This document shows positions 28,720-39,455 of a stretch of 64,000 nt of DNA, one piece after another (position 1 is the stretch's first letter; the number at the start of each line of letters is the position of its first letter). The DNA comes from Candidatus Latescibacterota bacterium (lineage in GTDB: Bacteria; Latescibacterota; UBA2968; UBA8231), in NCBI GenBank assembly GCA_965215195.1, contig CBDCDC010000002.1, positions 1,408,001 to 1,472,000 of the forward strand, in the 5' to 3' direction. The position numbers and the translations under genes were made by a program. Below the pieces are notes generated by a model, which searched no databases, was not told the DNA's origin, and saw nothing but the letters and a program-made list of their open reading frames with translations.

Positions 28720-29870
28720 ATGCAAAAACTCCGCCTGTTCCTCATTACGGTCTCGCACTTTTGCGTCGATAGCTACGCCACGATGTTGGCCCCGCTCTTG
28801 CCCCTGCTCAAGGCCAACTTAGGGCTGAGCTTGGCGCAGGTTGGGTTTTTGGGTTCCATCGTCTCGATATGCAATATCAGCCAGCCCCTCATGGGCTTGT
28901 GGGCCGACCGCATGGCTTGGCGCTGGCTGATCGTCGGTGGTTTGGCCTTGGCGACCATTTTTTCCCCGCTCATGGGGCTGGCATCCAATTACCTGACTCT
29001 CGTCGGCATCCTGACCCTCGGTGGGATCGGGGTCGCCGCCTTCCACCCCCAAGTCTTTTCGCTGGCCGGCGAACTCAGCGGTCCGCGCCGCTCCTTTGGC
29101 TTGGCGCTCTTTATCTTTGGCGGCACGCTGGGGCTGGGCCTAACGCCGCTGTGGGCCCCGGCGTACACCAACTCCTTCGGGCTGGCCGCCCTGCCCTACC
29201 TCTCCATTCCCGGCCTGTTGTTCCTCCTGCTTATGTGCCGTGCAGTGCCGCTGGGCAACCCCAACTTCTCCCACGGCCGCAGCACGGCCCAGTGGCGCAG
29301 TCTCGGAGACCAAGCCGGTCCCCTCGTGCTGATCACCGCGATCGTCATTTTGCGCTCGGTGTCGGGGCTGGGCTTTGCCACGTTTTTGACGCTCATGGCA
29401 CAGGAGCGCGGCCTCGGTCTCGTGGCTGGCGGCATCCCCTTGGGAATCTACAATATCGCCGGCGTGGTCGGCGCACTCGCCGTTGGCTATCTGGCCGACC
29501 GAGTCGATCCTAAACCGCTGGTCTGGGGATCGCTGCTGTGCTCGGTGCCGCCGCTCTACGCCTTCATCTATGTCGAGGGAATGGTGGCCAGCAATATCCT
29601 GCTCTTTTTGGGCGGCGGCTTGTTGATGTCTTCCAACTCGATTATGGTCGCCTTGGCCCAGGAGTTTTCGCCGCAAAATACGGGCTTGGTCTCCAGCCTG
29701 CCGCTGGGCTTTAGCTGGGGCTTGGCCAGCCTCGCGCTGCCGCTGATCGGCCATTTCGGCGACCAAATCGGCGTGGCCGAGACCTTGAAATACCTAGCCC
29801 TGCTGCCGATATTGACCGCTGGATTGGCCTTCTTCCTGCCCAGCCGCCCTACCGCAAAGGACGCCGCGCC

Positions 29871-29874
<4 letters not shown>
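28720..29874 (+). CDS. MFS transporter (Fsr-like)
   Basis: HF.VD.Y, QP.MG.WADR, GVAAFHP, GYLADR, AQE. Confidence 0.88.
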
Positions 29875-32620
<2,746 letters not shown>

Positions 32621-32649
32621 GTCCCTGCGCCGCTCGCGACAAAAATCAT

Positions 32650-32679
32650 TTGACATGGTTCTGCGGCTTTTGTCATATT
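32650..32679 (+). promoter_or_regulatory. Sigma70-type promoter of a putative ncRNA
   Basis: TTGACA-N18-CATATT with extended -10 TG; overlapped by inverted repeat TGACA-N15-TGTCA. Confidence 0.65.
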
Positions 32680-32684
32680 AAAGT

Positions 32685-32985
32685 TAAGACGGGTTCAGGG
32701 GCCTGAAGCCTCTGTTGCCGCCACGCTGAGGCTCGAGGCTACGCGAGCGAGCCAGCCCGGCTTTGCAACTAGCCGCCACGACGCGCAGAGTTGGAGTATA
32801 GATATGAGGCGCGCACAAGCGAAAGGAGGTGGTCCATTGAGTAGTAACCGTACCGCAGGGAGGTTGATCACTTGATCAACTCCAGGTGATCGACTACCTG
32901 GTCAGAAGCACAGTCGCCTCGGCGACATAGCTTCTGAGAGTACAGCCGGGCGCATCCCATCTTAGTGGGTGCGTCCGGTTTTTTT
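32685..32985 (+). ncRNA. Putative structured small RNA / micro-ORF transcript of unknown family
   Basis: Promoter upstream, series of hairpins, extended SD GAAAGGAGGTGGTCCA, 12-codon ORF, intrinsic terminator. Confidence 0.55.
32945..32985 (+). terminator. Intrinsic terminator
   Basis: GCCGGGCGCATCCCA...TGGGTGCGTCCGGT stem followed by a T run. Confidence 0.85.
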
Positions 32986-33051
32986 ATTCGCGCTGCCCTA
33001 GGTTGGTTCCCGCGCGGTATTTTTGCCATATTGTCCGCGAGGAGGTCGTCT

Positions 33052-34023
33052 ATGAAACGCATTGCCAAGCCCGCAGGGGCCTATAACATCGCAGTAGAAG
33101 AGGTCGAGATTCCGGCTATTGCCCGGACCGAGATTTTGATTCGCGCCCAATGTTCGCTAATCAGCCGAGGCTCGGAGATTTGGCGTCGCTACGTGCGCGA
33201 AGAGGCGATCGACCACCGCGCCATGGGCTACTCATTGGTAGGCCGGGTCGCAGAAGTCGGCGCGGAGGTCGAAGAGTTCAAAACCGGCGATCTGGTCGCG
33301 GCACTCGCGCCGCACGCCGAATACGTGGCGGTCGAAGTTGTGGCCAGCCAGCACAAGCCGGCGGCCGTGCGCCTGCCGGTGGGCCTGTCGCCCGAAGCGG
33401 GCACCTTCTGGCCACTGGGAACCAGCTCGGTTCTGTGGATGTGGGAGACCGGGGCCGGGCCGGACGATGTCATGGTCATACAGGGGCAGGGCTTGGTCGG
33501 CAGCGGTTGTATGCAGGCCGCCAAGGCACAGGGGGCGGGGCGCGTCATTGGGATTGAGGCGTTGCCCTTGCGCTGCGAGCTGGCGCACGCGCTAGGGGCC
33601 GACGCAGTGATCGACGCCAGCACTGGCGACCCTGTCGCACAGGTCTTGGAGCGGACCGGCGGAGAGGGAGCCGACATCGTGGTCGAAGCCGTGGGCGGGC
33701 GGGCCGGGGCGCAGGCTTTTGCCGAGGCGCAGGACATGCTCAAGCGCGGCGGCCTCTTGCAGGTGCTGGGCCTATACGAAAACGAACCCCTGCCGCTCTA
33801 TTCAGAAAAAATCATGGGCAAGCGCCTCGTGGGCAGCTACCTCGACCCCAGTCGGCGGCCCGCAGGATCGGCCCGTGCGCTAGAGCTGTTGGCTACGGAC
33901 CAGATCCAGTTCGCCAAGATGATCACCCACCGCTTCCCCTACGCCGAAGCGGCCGCGGCCTTCGACTTGCTCTACAATCGGTTGGGCGAGACGATGGCGG
34001 TATTGCTGCTGTGGGACAACTGA
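33052..34023 (+). CDS. MDR-family (zinc-binding type) dehydrogenase
   Basis: SLISRGSE, GYS.VG.V, GQGLVG, GADIVVEAVG, ITHRF; SD GAGGAGG before ATG 33052. Confidence 0.85.
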   Translation: MKRIAKPAGAYNIAVEEVEIPAIARTEILIRAQCSLISRGSEIWRRYVREEAIDHRAMGYSLVGRVAEVGAEVEEFKTGDLVAALAPHAEYVAVEVVASQHKPAAVRLPVGLSPEAGTFWPLGTSSVLWMWETGAGPDDVMVIQGQGLVGSGCMQAAKAQGAGRVIGIEALPLRCELAHALGADAVIDASTGDPVAQVLERTGGEGADIVVEAVGGRAGAQAFAEAQDMLKRGGLLQVLGLYENEPLPLYSEKIMGKRLVGSYLDPSRRPAGSARALELLATDQIQFAKMITHRFPYAEAAAAFDLLYNRLGETMAVLLLWDN

Positions 34024-34037
34024 CTTAGGAGACGACG

Positions 34038-34739
34038 ATGAGTAGGACTATAGAGAAGCTCTTCCGCGCCCCCTACGGGGTGCCCAACGCGCTACAAGTA
34101 GTAGAAGAAGGCCTGTGGATTACCGATCAAATTACCGACCGGGTGGCGCTGGTCGAAATCGCCGAGCCGTCTGAATACGGCGTCACCCGCCTAATCCGCG
34201 ACATTCCCAGCGAGTCGTCCAATACCAGCGGCATGGCTTGGGGCGGCGATTCGCTGTGGTTGGCAGCCAACGGAGCGGGTACGCTCTGGCGGCCCGCCCG
34301 GCCAACGGACGCCGCGCAAGGGGCGGGCGAAATTTTCGAGCTCAACCCAGCCACCGGCGCGACCCGCAACCGCTATCCGGTGCCCGGCGGGGGCGGAGTT
34401 CACGGGATGGAGTACGATCCGTTTGCAGAGGGCTACGTGTGGCTCACCACCCTCAAGAACCAGACCCTGAGCAAAGTCAAGATCGCCGGCTGGTCGGTTG
34501 AGCACGTGCTGGCACTGCCCTACGGGCGAGCGCACGGCGTGGTGCGGGTCGCCGACGGCATCTGGGTGGTGCATACGTCCGACCACGCGATCGTCAAGCT
34601 CGACGTGGAGAGCGGGGCCGAGTTGGATCGAGTTGTGGTGCCCGACAGCGACCCGCAGCCGCATGGCCTGTCGATTTTTGGCGAGGATTTGCTCTATTGC
34701 GACGCCACCTCTGGATGGGTCGTCAAAATCAATCTGTGA
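34038..34739 (+). CDS. Small beta-propeller protein of unknown function
   Basis: Repeated blades PNAL..LW, TSGMAW..LW, HGMEY..VW, AHGV..IW, PHGL. Confidence 0.7.
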   Translation: MSRTIEKLFRAPYGVPNALQVVEEGLWITDQITDRVALVEIAEPSEYGVTRLIRDIPSESSNTSGMAWGGDSLWLAANGAGTLWRPARPTDAAQGAGEIFELNPATGATRNRYPVPGGGGVHGMEYDPFAEGYVWLTTLKNQTLSKVKIAGWSVEHVLALPYGRAHGVVRVADGIWVVHTSDHAIVKLDVESGAELDRVVVPDSDPQPHGLSIFGEDLLYCDATSGWVVKINL

Positions 34740-34758
34740 GGCGCGGGAAGGGAAAGGC

Positions 34759-35247
34759 ATGGCTGGCAAGTACTGGCTCGTCAAGTGCGAACTCCACGAG
34801 TGCTCCTTTGACGAGCTGAAGCAGCGTCCGCAAAGCACGGGCCACTGGCGAGGTGTGCGCAACTACCAAGCGCGCAATTTTATTCGCGACAGCATGGAAG
34901 AGGGGGATCTGGCGTTCTTCTATCACTCCAATTGCGACGAGCCCGGGATCGCTGGAATCGCGACCATCGCAAAAGCAGGCTATCCCGACCCCAGCCAATT
35001 CGACGACCAGCACCGCTACTACGACGAAAAATCCACCCAAGACGAGCCGCGCTGGTTCTCCTTCGACGTGCAGTGGAAGTGCAAATTCAAACGGTTTGTC
35101 CACCTCGCCAACCTCAAGGCCAACGATAAGCTCGCCGACATGCGGGTGGTGCAGCCGGGCCAGCGGCTGTCGATCCAGCCGGTCGCCGAGCAGGAGTGGA
35201 GGGAAGTCTGCAAGATGGGAGGCGTCACGCTTACAGAGGAGGTTTGA
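34759..35247 (+). CDS. EVE domain protein
   Basis: YWLVKCE, W.GVRNYQARNF, GDLAFFYHSNC..PGIAG, YPDPSQFD, PRW, RLSIQPV. Confidence 0.93.
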   Translation: MAGKYWLVKCELHECSFDELKQRPQSTGHWRGVRNYQARNFIRDSMEEGDLAFFYHSNCDEPGIAGIATIAKAGYPDPSQFDDQHRYYDEKSTQDEPRWFSFDVQWKCKFKRFVHLANLKANDKLADMRVVQPGQRLSIQPVAEQEWREVCKMGGVTLTEEV

Positions 35248-35249
35248 AC

Positions 35250-35471
35250 ATGGCGACCAGTAGAACCATTTATAAGTACCACTTCAAGTTGGGCAATAGA
35301 ATTGTCCACACAGGCATCACCAGAGACATTGATCGCCGCGAGGCCGAGCATCGGCGAAAACTTGGCTGGGGAAGGGGCCACATTGTGCAGATCGGTAGGC
35401 GCACCACCCAAGAAGCTGCGCTACAGTGGGAAGCGGAACAGCGACGACAGGGCAAGCCGACAGGGCCGTAA
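35250..35471 (+). CDS. Minimal GIY-YIG-like protein (73 aa)
   Basis: IYKY...VHTGIT.D..RR..EH...A.QWE pattern; SD GAGGAGG inside the EVE 3' end. Confidence 0.7.
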   Translation: MATSRTIYKYHFKLGNRIVHTGITRDIDRREAEHRRKLGWGRGHIVQIGRRTTQEAALQWEAEQRRQGKPTGP

Positions 35472-35641
35472 CCCGGGGATATGGACATTAGCCCGCGAAA
35501 AGAAGAGGCTTACCGACGGCATTCGCCCGGCCTCGACACTGAGCCAGACTCGCTGACTGCGTACCGTAATCGGTCGTTGAGCAGGGCCTCCAGCCAGCCG
35601 CGGCCACAACCACCAAGATACATAAGCTAAGGAAAGGCGAA

Positions 35642-36226
35642 ATGGCTAACATGCCCCTCGTCATCCTAATCGGCGACTCGATCCGCATGGGTTATCAGGA
35701 CCACGTCGCCAGCCAGTTGGCGGGCCGAGCCGAGGTCTGGGCACCCGAACAAAACGGCGGCGACAGCCGCAAGGTACTCGCACATCTGGACCCGTGGGTT
35801 CTCGTGCGCCAGCCGAATCTGGTACACGTCAATTGTGGGCTGCACGATTTGAAAAGGGCCTTTGGCGCAGCATCCGAAGTTCCCTTGGCCGAATACGAGC
35901 GCAACGTGCGGCAGATACTGCAAAGGTTGCAACGCGTGCTGAACGGAGCCGTCGTCTGGGCCACAACCACGCCGGTGGACGAAGCTGGACACCACCAGAA
36001 CAAGGGCTTTGACCGCCTAGAGGCCGATGTAGAAGCCTACAACGCGGCGGCCTGCGCCGTGGCGGAGGATCTCGGTGTGCCGATTGACGACCTCTTTGCC
36101 GTTGTTCAACGTGCAGGGAAGGCACAGCTTTTGACTCAAGACGGGGTGCATTTTACCGCGGCGGGATCGCAGCTCTTGGCACGTGCGGTGGCCGAATGCA
36201 TCTGGGGGCATCTGTCGGACCGCTGA
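35642..36226 (+). CDS. SGNH/GDSL hydrolase
   Basis: IGDSI, NCGLHD, WATTTP, DGVHF. Confidence 0.9.
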   Translation: MANMPLVILIGDSIRMGYQDHVASQLAGRAEVWAPEQNGGDSRKVLAHLDPWVLVRQPNLVHVNCGLHDLKRAFGAASEVPLAEYERNVRQILQRLQRVLNGAVVWATTTPVDEAGHHQNKGFDRLEADVEAYNAAACAVAEDLGVPIDDLFAVVQRAGKAQLLTQDGVHFTAAGSQLLARAVAECIWGHLSDR

Positions 36227-36228
36227 TT

Positions 36229-36372
36229 ATGGAATCAGCCACAGCGCAATTAGCCCAGACGCGGCGGGAGCGGGCGCAGCAAATCGCCGCAGCCGGGGAT
36301 CTTGGGGTGCTGGGCCGCCGCATCGACACCACAGTATCCGAGGCGCTAGTCTTGGGGATATGCTCAAGTTGA
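36229..36372 (+). pseudogene. 5' stub of a gene, possibly a TPP-dependent enzyme
   Basis: ATG 2 nt after the SGNH stop; RRERAQQIAAAG...TVSEALVLG then stop where composition turns AT-richer. Confidence 0.35.
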
Positions 36373-36428
36373 TCCAAGGAGAAAAGGTACAAAGCAGCAA
36401 GGTGACTTTATTGCATTAGGAGGGCGTT

Positions 36429-37433
36429 ATGTGGTTGAAACCAACAATAGGGCGTTCCATCATGTTATGGATCGCCTTATTGCATATAGGGACTCCCATC
36501 GTCTATGCTCGTGATGTAGGGGATAGGCTTTATCCCATTCTCGAGATCACGGATCGTCAGTTGGAAGCCTTTGACTTGACGGATGGATCGCTAGAGGAAT
36601 GGAAGACGTATCTATCGGCTTCTGTGCTAAATCGGTTGGATTTTGAGGACTTCGGTTATTTGTACGGTTCCGCGAAGCGGAGCGAATCAAGCCTGCCTGA
36701 CCCCAACGATCTGGACTTCCAATTCTGGCTAGGATGGAACCAATCGACGAATCGACTTTATGTGGCCGCCGAGCGCTTTGACAATGTGCATTTGAATGCG
36801 TATGAAGGTAGGAACGAAAACTGGTACGAAAGCGGGGAGCTAGACCCGATCTGGGCTTATGATTCGCTTGAATTGCTCGTCGATGGCGACCACAGCGGCG
36901 GGGAGTATGGCTTCCATCCCGACTGTTGTGCTACCGAAGAAGAGTGGAAGCAGGTGCAAAACAGCCAAGCGCAACAGTATTACGTACTTGCTCAGAGTCC
37001 GAAGGGCCAACTTATAAAGTATTCGGGGGTAGGGCTATGGGTGAATAGGCCGCCCTATGCTGCTGCTGGCGGCGCGATATCGCCATCGCCTCTATTGCGC
37101 CGCGTCGATAGGTGGGTCGGAGAGACGCATAGGATCGTAACCGAATTTTACGTTACTGCCTTCGACTCATTGGTTTGGGATAGTCCGGAAGCCAGCAAAG
37201 TATCCCCGCTCTTTCCCAACAAGATCATTGGATTCAGTCTGTCTGTGTCGGATTTCGATACCGCCCCCTATGACTATCATGGATTTCACAGTTTGTATGT
37301 AGGATCATCGGCGACTTGGCACAATGCGGACTATTTTGTGGATGGGCTGCTCGTGGAGGCACCGGCGACGGTTGTCGAGAGTTGGTCGTGGGGGCGGATC
37401 AAGGCGGCATTCGGGTTTGCGGACGGAGAGTGA
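36429..37433 (+). CDS. Secreted protein, CBM9/DOMON-like, with C-terminal SWGxIK motif
   Basis: Signal peptide (..VYA/RD), DG.L.EW, WLGWN..TNRLYVA, DSLEL.VDGD, IIGF.L.V.D.D, VESWSWGRIKA. Confidence 0.7.
   Translation: MWLKPTIGRSIMLWIALLHIGTPIVYARDVGDRLYPILEITDRQLEAFDLTDGSLEEWKTYLSASVLNRLDFEDFGYLYGSAKRSESSLPDPNDLDFQFWLGWNQSTNRLYVAAERFDNVHLNAYEGRNENWYESGELDPIWAYDSLELLVDGDHSGGEYGFHPDCCATEEEWKQVQNSQAQQYYVLAQSPKGQLIKYSGVGLWVNRPPYAAAGGAISPSPLLRRVDRWVGETHRIVTEFYVTAFDSLVWDSPEASKVSPLFPNKIIGFSLSVSDFDTAPYDYHGFHSLYVGSSATWHNADYFVDGLLVEAPATVVESWSWGRIKAAFGFADGE
36439..36489 (+). repeat. 51-bp direct repeat, copy 1 (within signal-peptide coding region)
   Basis: AACCAACAATAGGGCGTTCCATC(AT)GTTATGGATCGCCTTATTGCATATAG, 49/51 identical to copy 2. 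Confidence 0.95.
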
Positions 37434-37474
37434 GGGGCATCCGTTATGCACAAGCCCTTGACGCGGGTGATTGC

Positions 37475-37525
37475 AACCAACAATAGGGCGTTCCATCGCG
37501 TTATGGATCGCCTTATTGCATATAG
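37475..37525 (+). repeat. 51-bp direct repeat, copy 2 (downstream of the gene)
   Basis: AACCAACAATAGGGCGTTCCATC(GC)GTTATGGATCGCCTTATTGCATATAG. Confidence 0.95.
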
Positions 37526-37574
37526 ATGCCCTTGAGGGTTCGACGGATGGGGCAATAGAGGAAAGGAGATTTTT

Positions 37575-38588
37575 ATGAAAATTGCCATGTTGCATGGTCC
37601 GCGAGACTTGCGGATTGAAGATCTGACGCTGGACACGGAGAACTTGGAGGACGACCAAATTTGGGTCGAGACCGAGATCACCGGGTTTAAGATCGGCACG
37701 GACCGCGGCAACTACGAAGGGGCCGAGCAGGTGCCCGGGGCACCGGATTTTCCGCGCTGGGTGGGCGACAGCAACTTGGGCGTGGTGCGCGGTGTCGGCA
37801 GCAAGGTCGCCAAGTTCGCAGTGGGGGACCGGGTGGTGTCGCGGCATCCCCATCAGTCGGCGTACGTGGCGCGAGACAGCGAGAGCATCGTGCAGGTCCC
37901 GGACGGGGTTGCGGCCGAAGACGCGGTATTCGCCCATTTGTACGCCTTGAGCATGCATTGCTACAGCAAGGCTTTTTTCGCGCCTGGTGAGACCGTGGCC
38001 GTCGTGGGGTTGGGCGTCTTGGGGCTGGGGGCGGTGGCCCTAGGCCCGCTTTTTGGGGCGCGGGTCGTGGGGCTGGGCAACAGCCTAGTGCGGCTGGATA
38101 TGGCGCGCGAGATGGGGGCGCACGAGGCCCTGTTGTCAGACGACCCGGCGCTAGCGGCCAAGCTGGACGAATTCACCCGCGGGCAGGGGATCGACTTGGT
38201 GATCCTGACGGCCAACCCTTGGCCGGCCTACCGTACGGCCATGGAAGTAGTCCGGCCCAACGGGCGGGTGTCCATCGTCAGCTTGCCCGGGCGGGGCGAA
38301 GCGCCGCTAAATTTTAACCCGTTGGACATGCGCTGGTTTTACTTCAAGGGCGTTTCGCTCTGCGCCGTCAACGACCGGGCCGGGTCGCTCTTTCCGCCGC
38401 CGAGCGGAGACCGCTTTGACAACGACAGCCGCTGCGCCCACGTGCTCTCCCTGATGCAAGAGGGCAAGCTCCAGCCGAGCCGCCTGGTCACCCACCGGCT
38501 GCACTACTCGGACATGGTCCAAGCCTACGAAATGGCGTACCGCCGCGAGAAAAACATGCTCAACGTGGTATTCAACTGGAAGGACTAA
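37575..38588 (+). CDS. MDR-family (zinc-binding type) dehydrogenase
   Basis: HGPRDLRIE, GDRV, VVGLGVLG, GIDLVI, LVTHRL; SD AAGGAG. Confidence 0.85.
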   Translation: MKIAMLHGPRDLRIEDLTLDTENLEDDQIWVETEITGFKIGTDRGNYEGAEQVPGAPDFPRWVGDSNLGVVRGVGSKVAKFAVGDRVVSRHPHQSAYVARDSESIVQVPDGVAAEDAVFAHLYALSMHCYSKAFFAPGETVAVVGLGVLGLGAVALGPLFGARVVGLGNSLVRLDMAREMGAHEALLSDDPALAAKLDEFTRGQGIDLVILTANPWPAYRTAMEVVRPNGRVSIVSLPGRGEAPLNFNPLDMRWFYFKGVSLCAVNDRAGSLFPPPSGDRFDNDSRCAHVLSLMQEGKLQPSRLVTHRLHYSDMVQAYEMAYRREKNMLNVVFNWKD

Positions 38589-38589
38589 A

Positions 38590-39435
38590 GTGCTTATGGA
38601 CCTGCTGCCCACGACCAATGCCGACGGGCGCGACGTCGTCCCGATGACCGCGGCCCAGCAGTACCTCTTCGACCTCAAGGGATTTATCCTCTTGCCCGCC
38701 CTGTTGAGCGAAGAAGAGCTGGTGCCGATTCGCGCACACCAACACAAGTTCCTCTACGAACGCGAGTCCCTGCGGCCGCACGAGCGCGACAATCACGGCG
38801 GCCCGTCGCAGATCTTGCTCGACCACCCGGCCGTAGTGGGCGTGCTCAACGAAGTGCTCTCGCACCAGGTGCTGGCCAGCGAAGCGTGCTACGGGTTTCG
38901 CTACGACCACACCTACACCAGCCATCGCCAAGCCGGGCACGACAACTTCGGCCCGCACGGCGGCGGCGGGTACTTCAACTTTCGCGGCAACTCGCATATC
39001 TACCAGATGCAGCCGGGCAAGGTGCATTCCGGGCTGACGCGGGTGGTGTGGGAGCTCAACGAAGTCGGCGCGGGCGACGGAGGTACGCTCTTTTTGCCGG
39101 GCAGCCACAAGGCCGCCTTCCCCCGGCCCGAAGAGCTGAGCCAGCGCGACAGCGCCCTGTGGGAGAGCTATACCTGCCCGGCCGGTTCGGCCGTGATCTT
39201 CACCGAGGCCCTGTGCCATTCGGGCACGCGCTGGACCAATCAGCAGCGAGACCGGCTGAGCTTGTTTACCTGCTACGACACGGTCAACGCCAAGTGGGGC
39301 AAGGGTTGCCCGTCCGCCGAAGTGGTCGCCTCGTTCCCCGAGAAGCGCCGCACCCTCTTCCGGGGCGTGTGGCACGGGATGAGCGACGTGCCCGGCATCA
39401 ACAAGTACTACGAAGCCGCCAACCAAGCCGTTTGA
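38590..39435 (+). CDS. Phytanoyl-CoA dioxygenase family protein, HxG variant
   Basis: YLFDLKG, LDHP, PHGG, VVWEL, LPGSHK, AGS..IFTEAL.H.G..W...R. Confidence 0.82.
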   Translation: MLMDLLPTTNADGRDVVPMTAAQQYLFDLKGFILLPALLSEEELVPIRAHQHKFLYERESLRPHERDNHGGPSQILLDHPAVVGVLNEVLSHQVLASEACYGFRYDHTYTSHRQAGHDNFGPHGGGGYFNFRGNSHIYQMQPGKVHSGLTRVVWELNEVGAGDGGTLFLPGSHKAAFPRPEELSQRDSALWESYTCPAGSAVIFTEALCHSGTRWTNQQRDRLSLFTCYDTVNAKWGKGCPSAEVVASFPEKRRTLFRGVWHGMSDVPGINKYYEAANQAV

Positions 39436-39455
39436 ACCCGACGAAAGAATGCTAC

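Noticed and set aside
32821-32836. Fragment of a 16S rRNA gene on the minus strand
   Set aside because: Only 16 nt match with one substitution; flanks are not rRNA-like, so treated as an extended SD
35481-35630. 49-codon ORF after the GIY-YIG-like gene
   Set aside because: Low-complexity product and weak SD; unsupported
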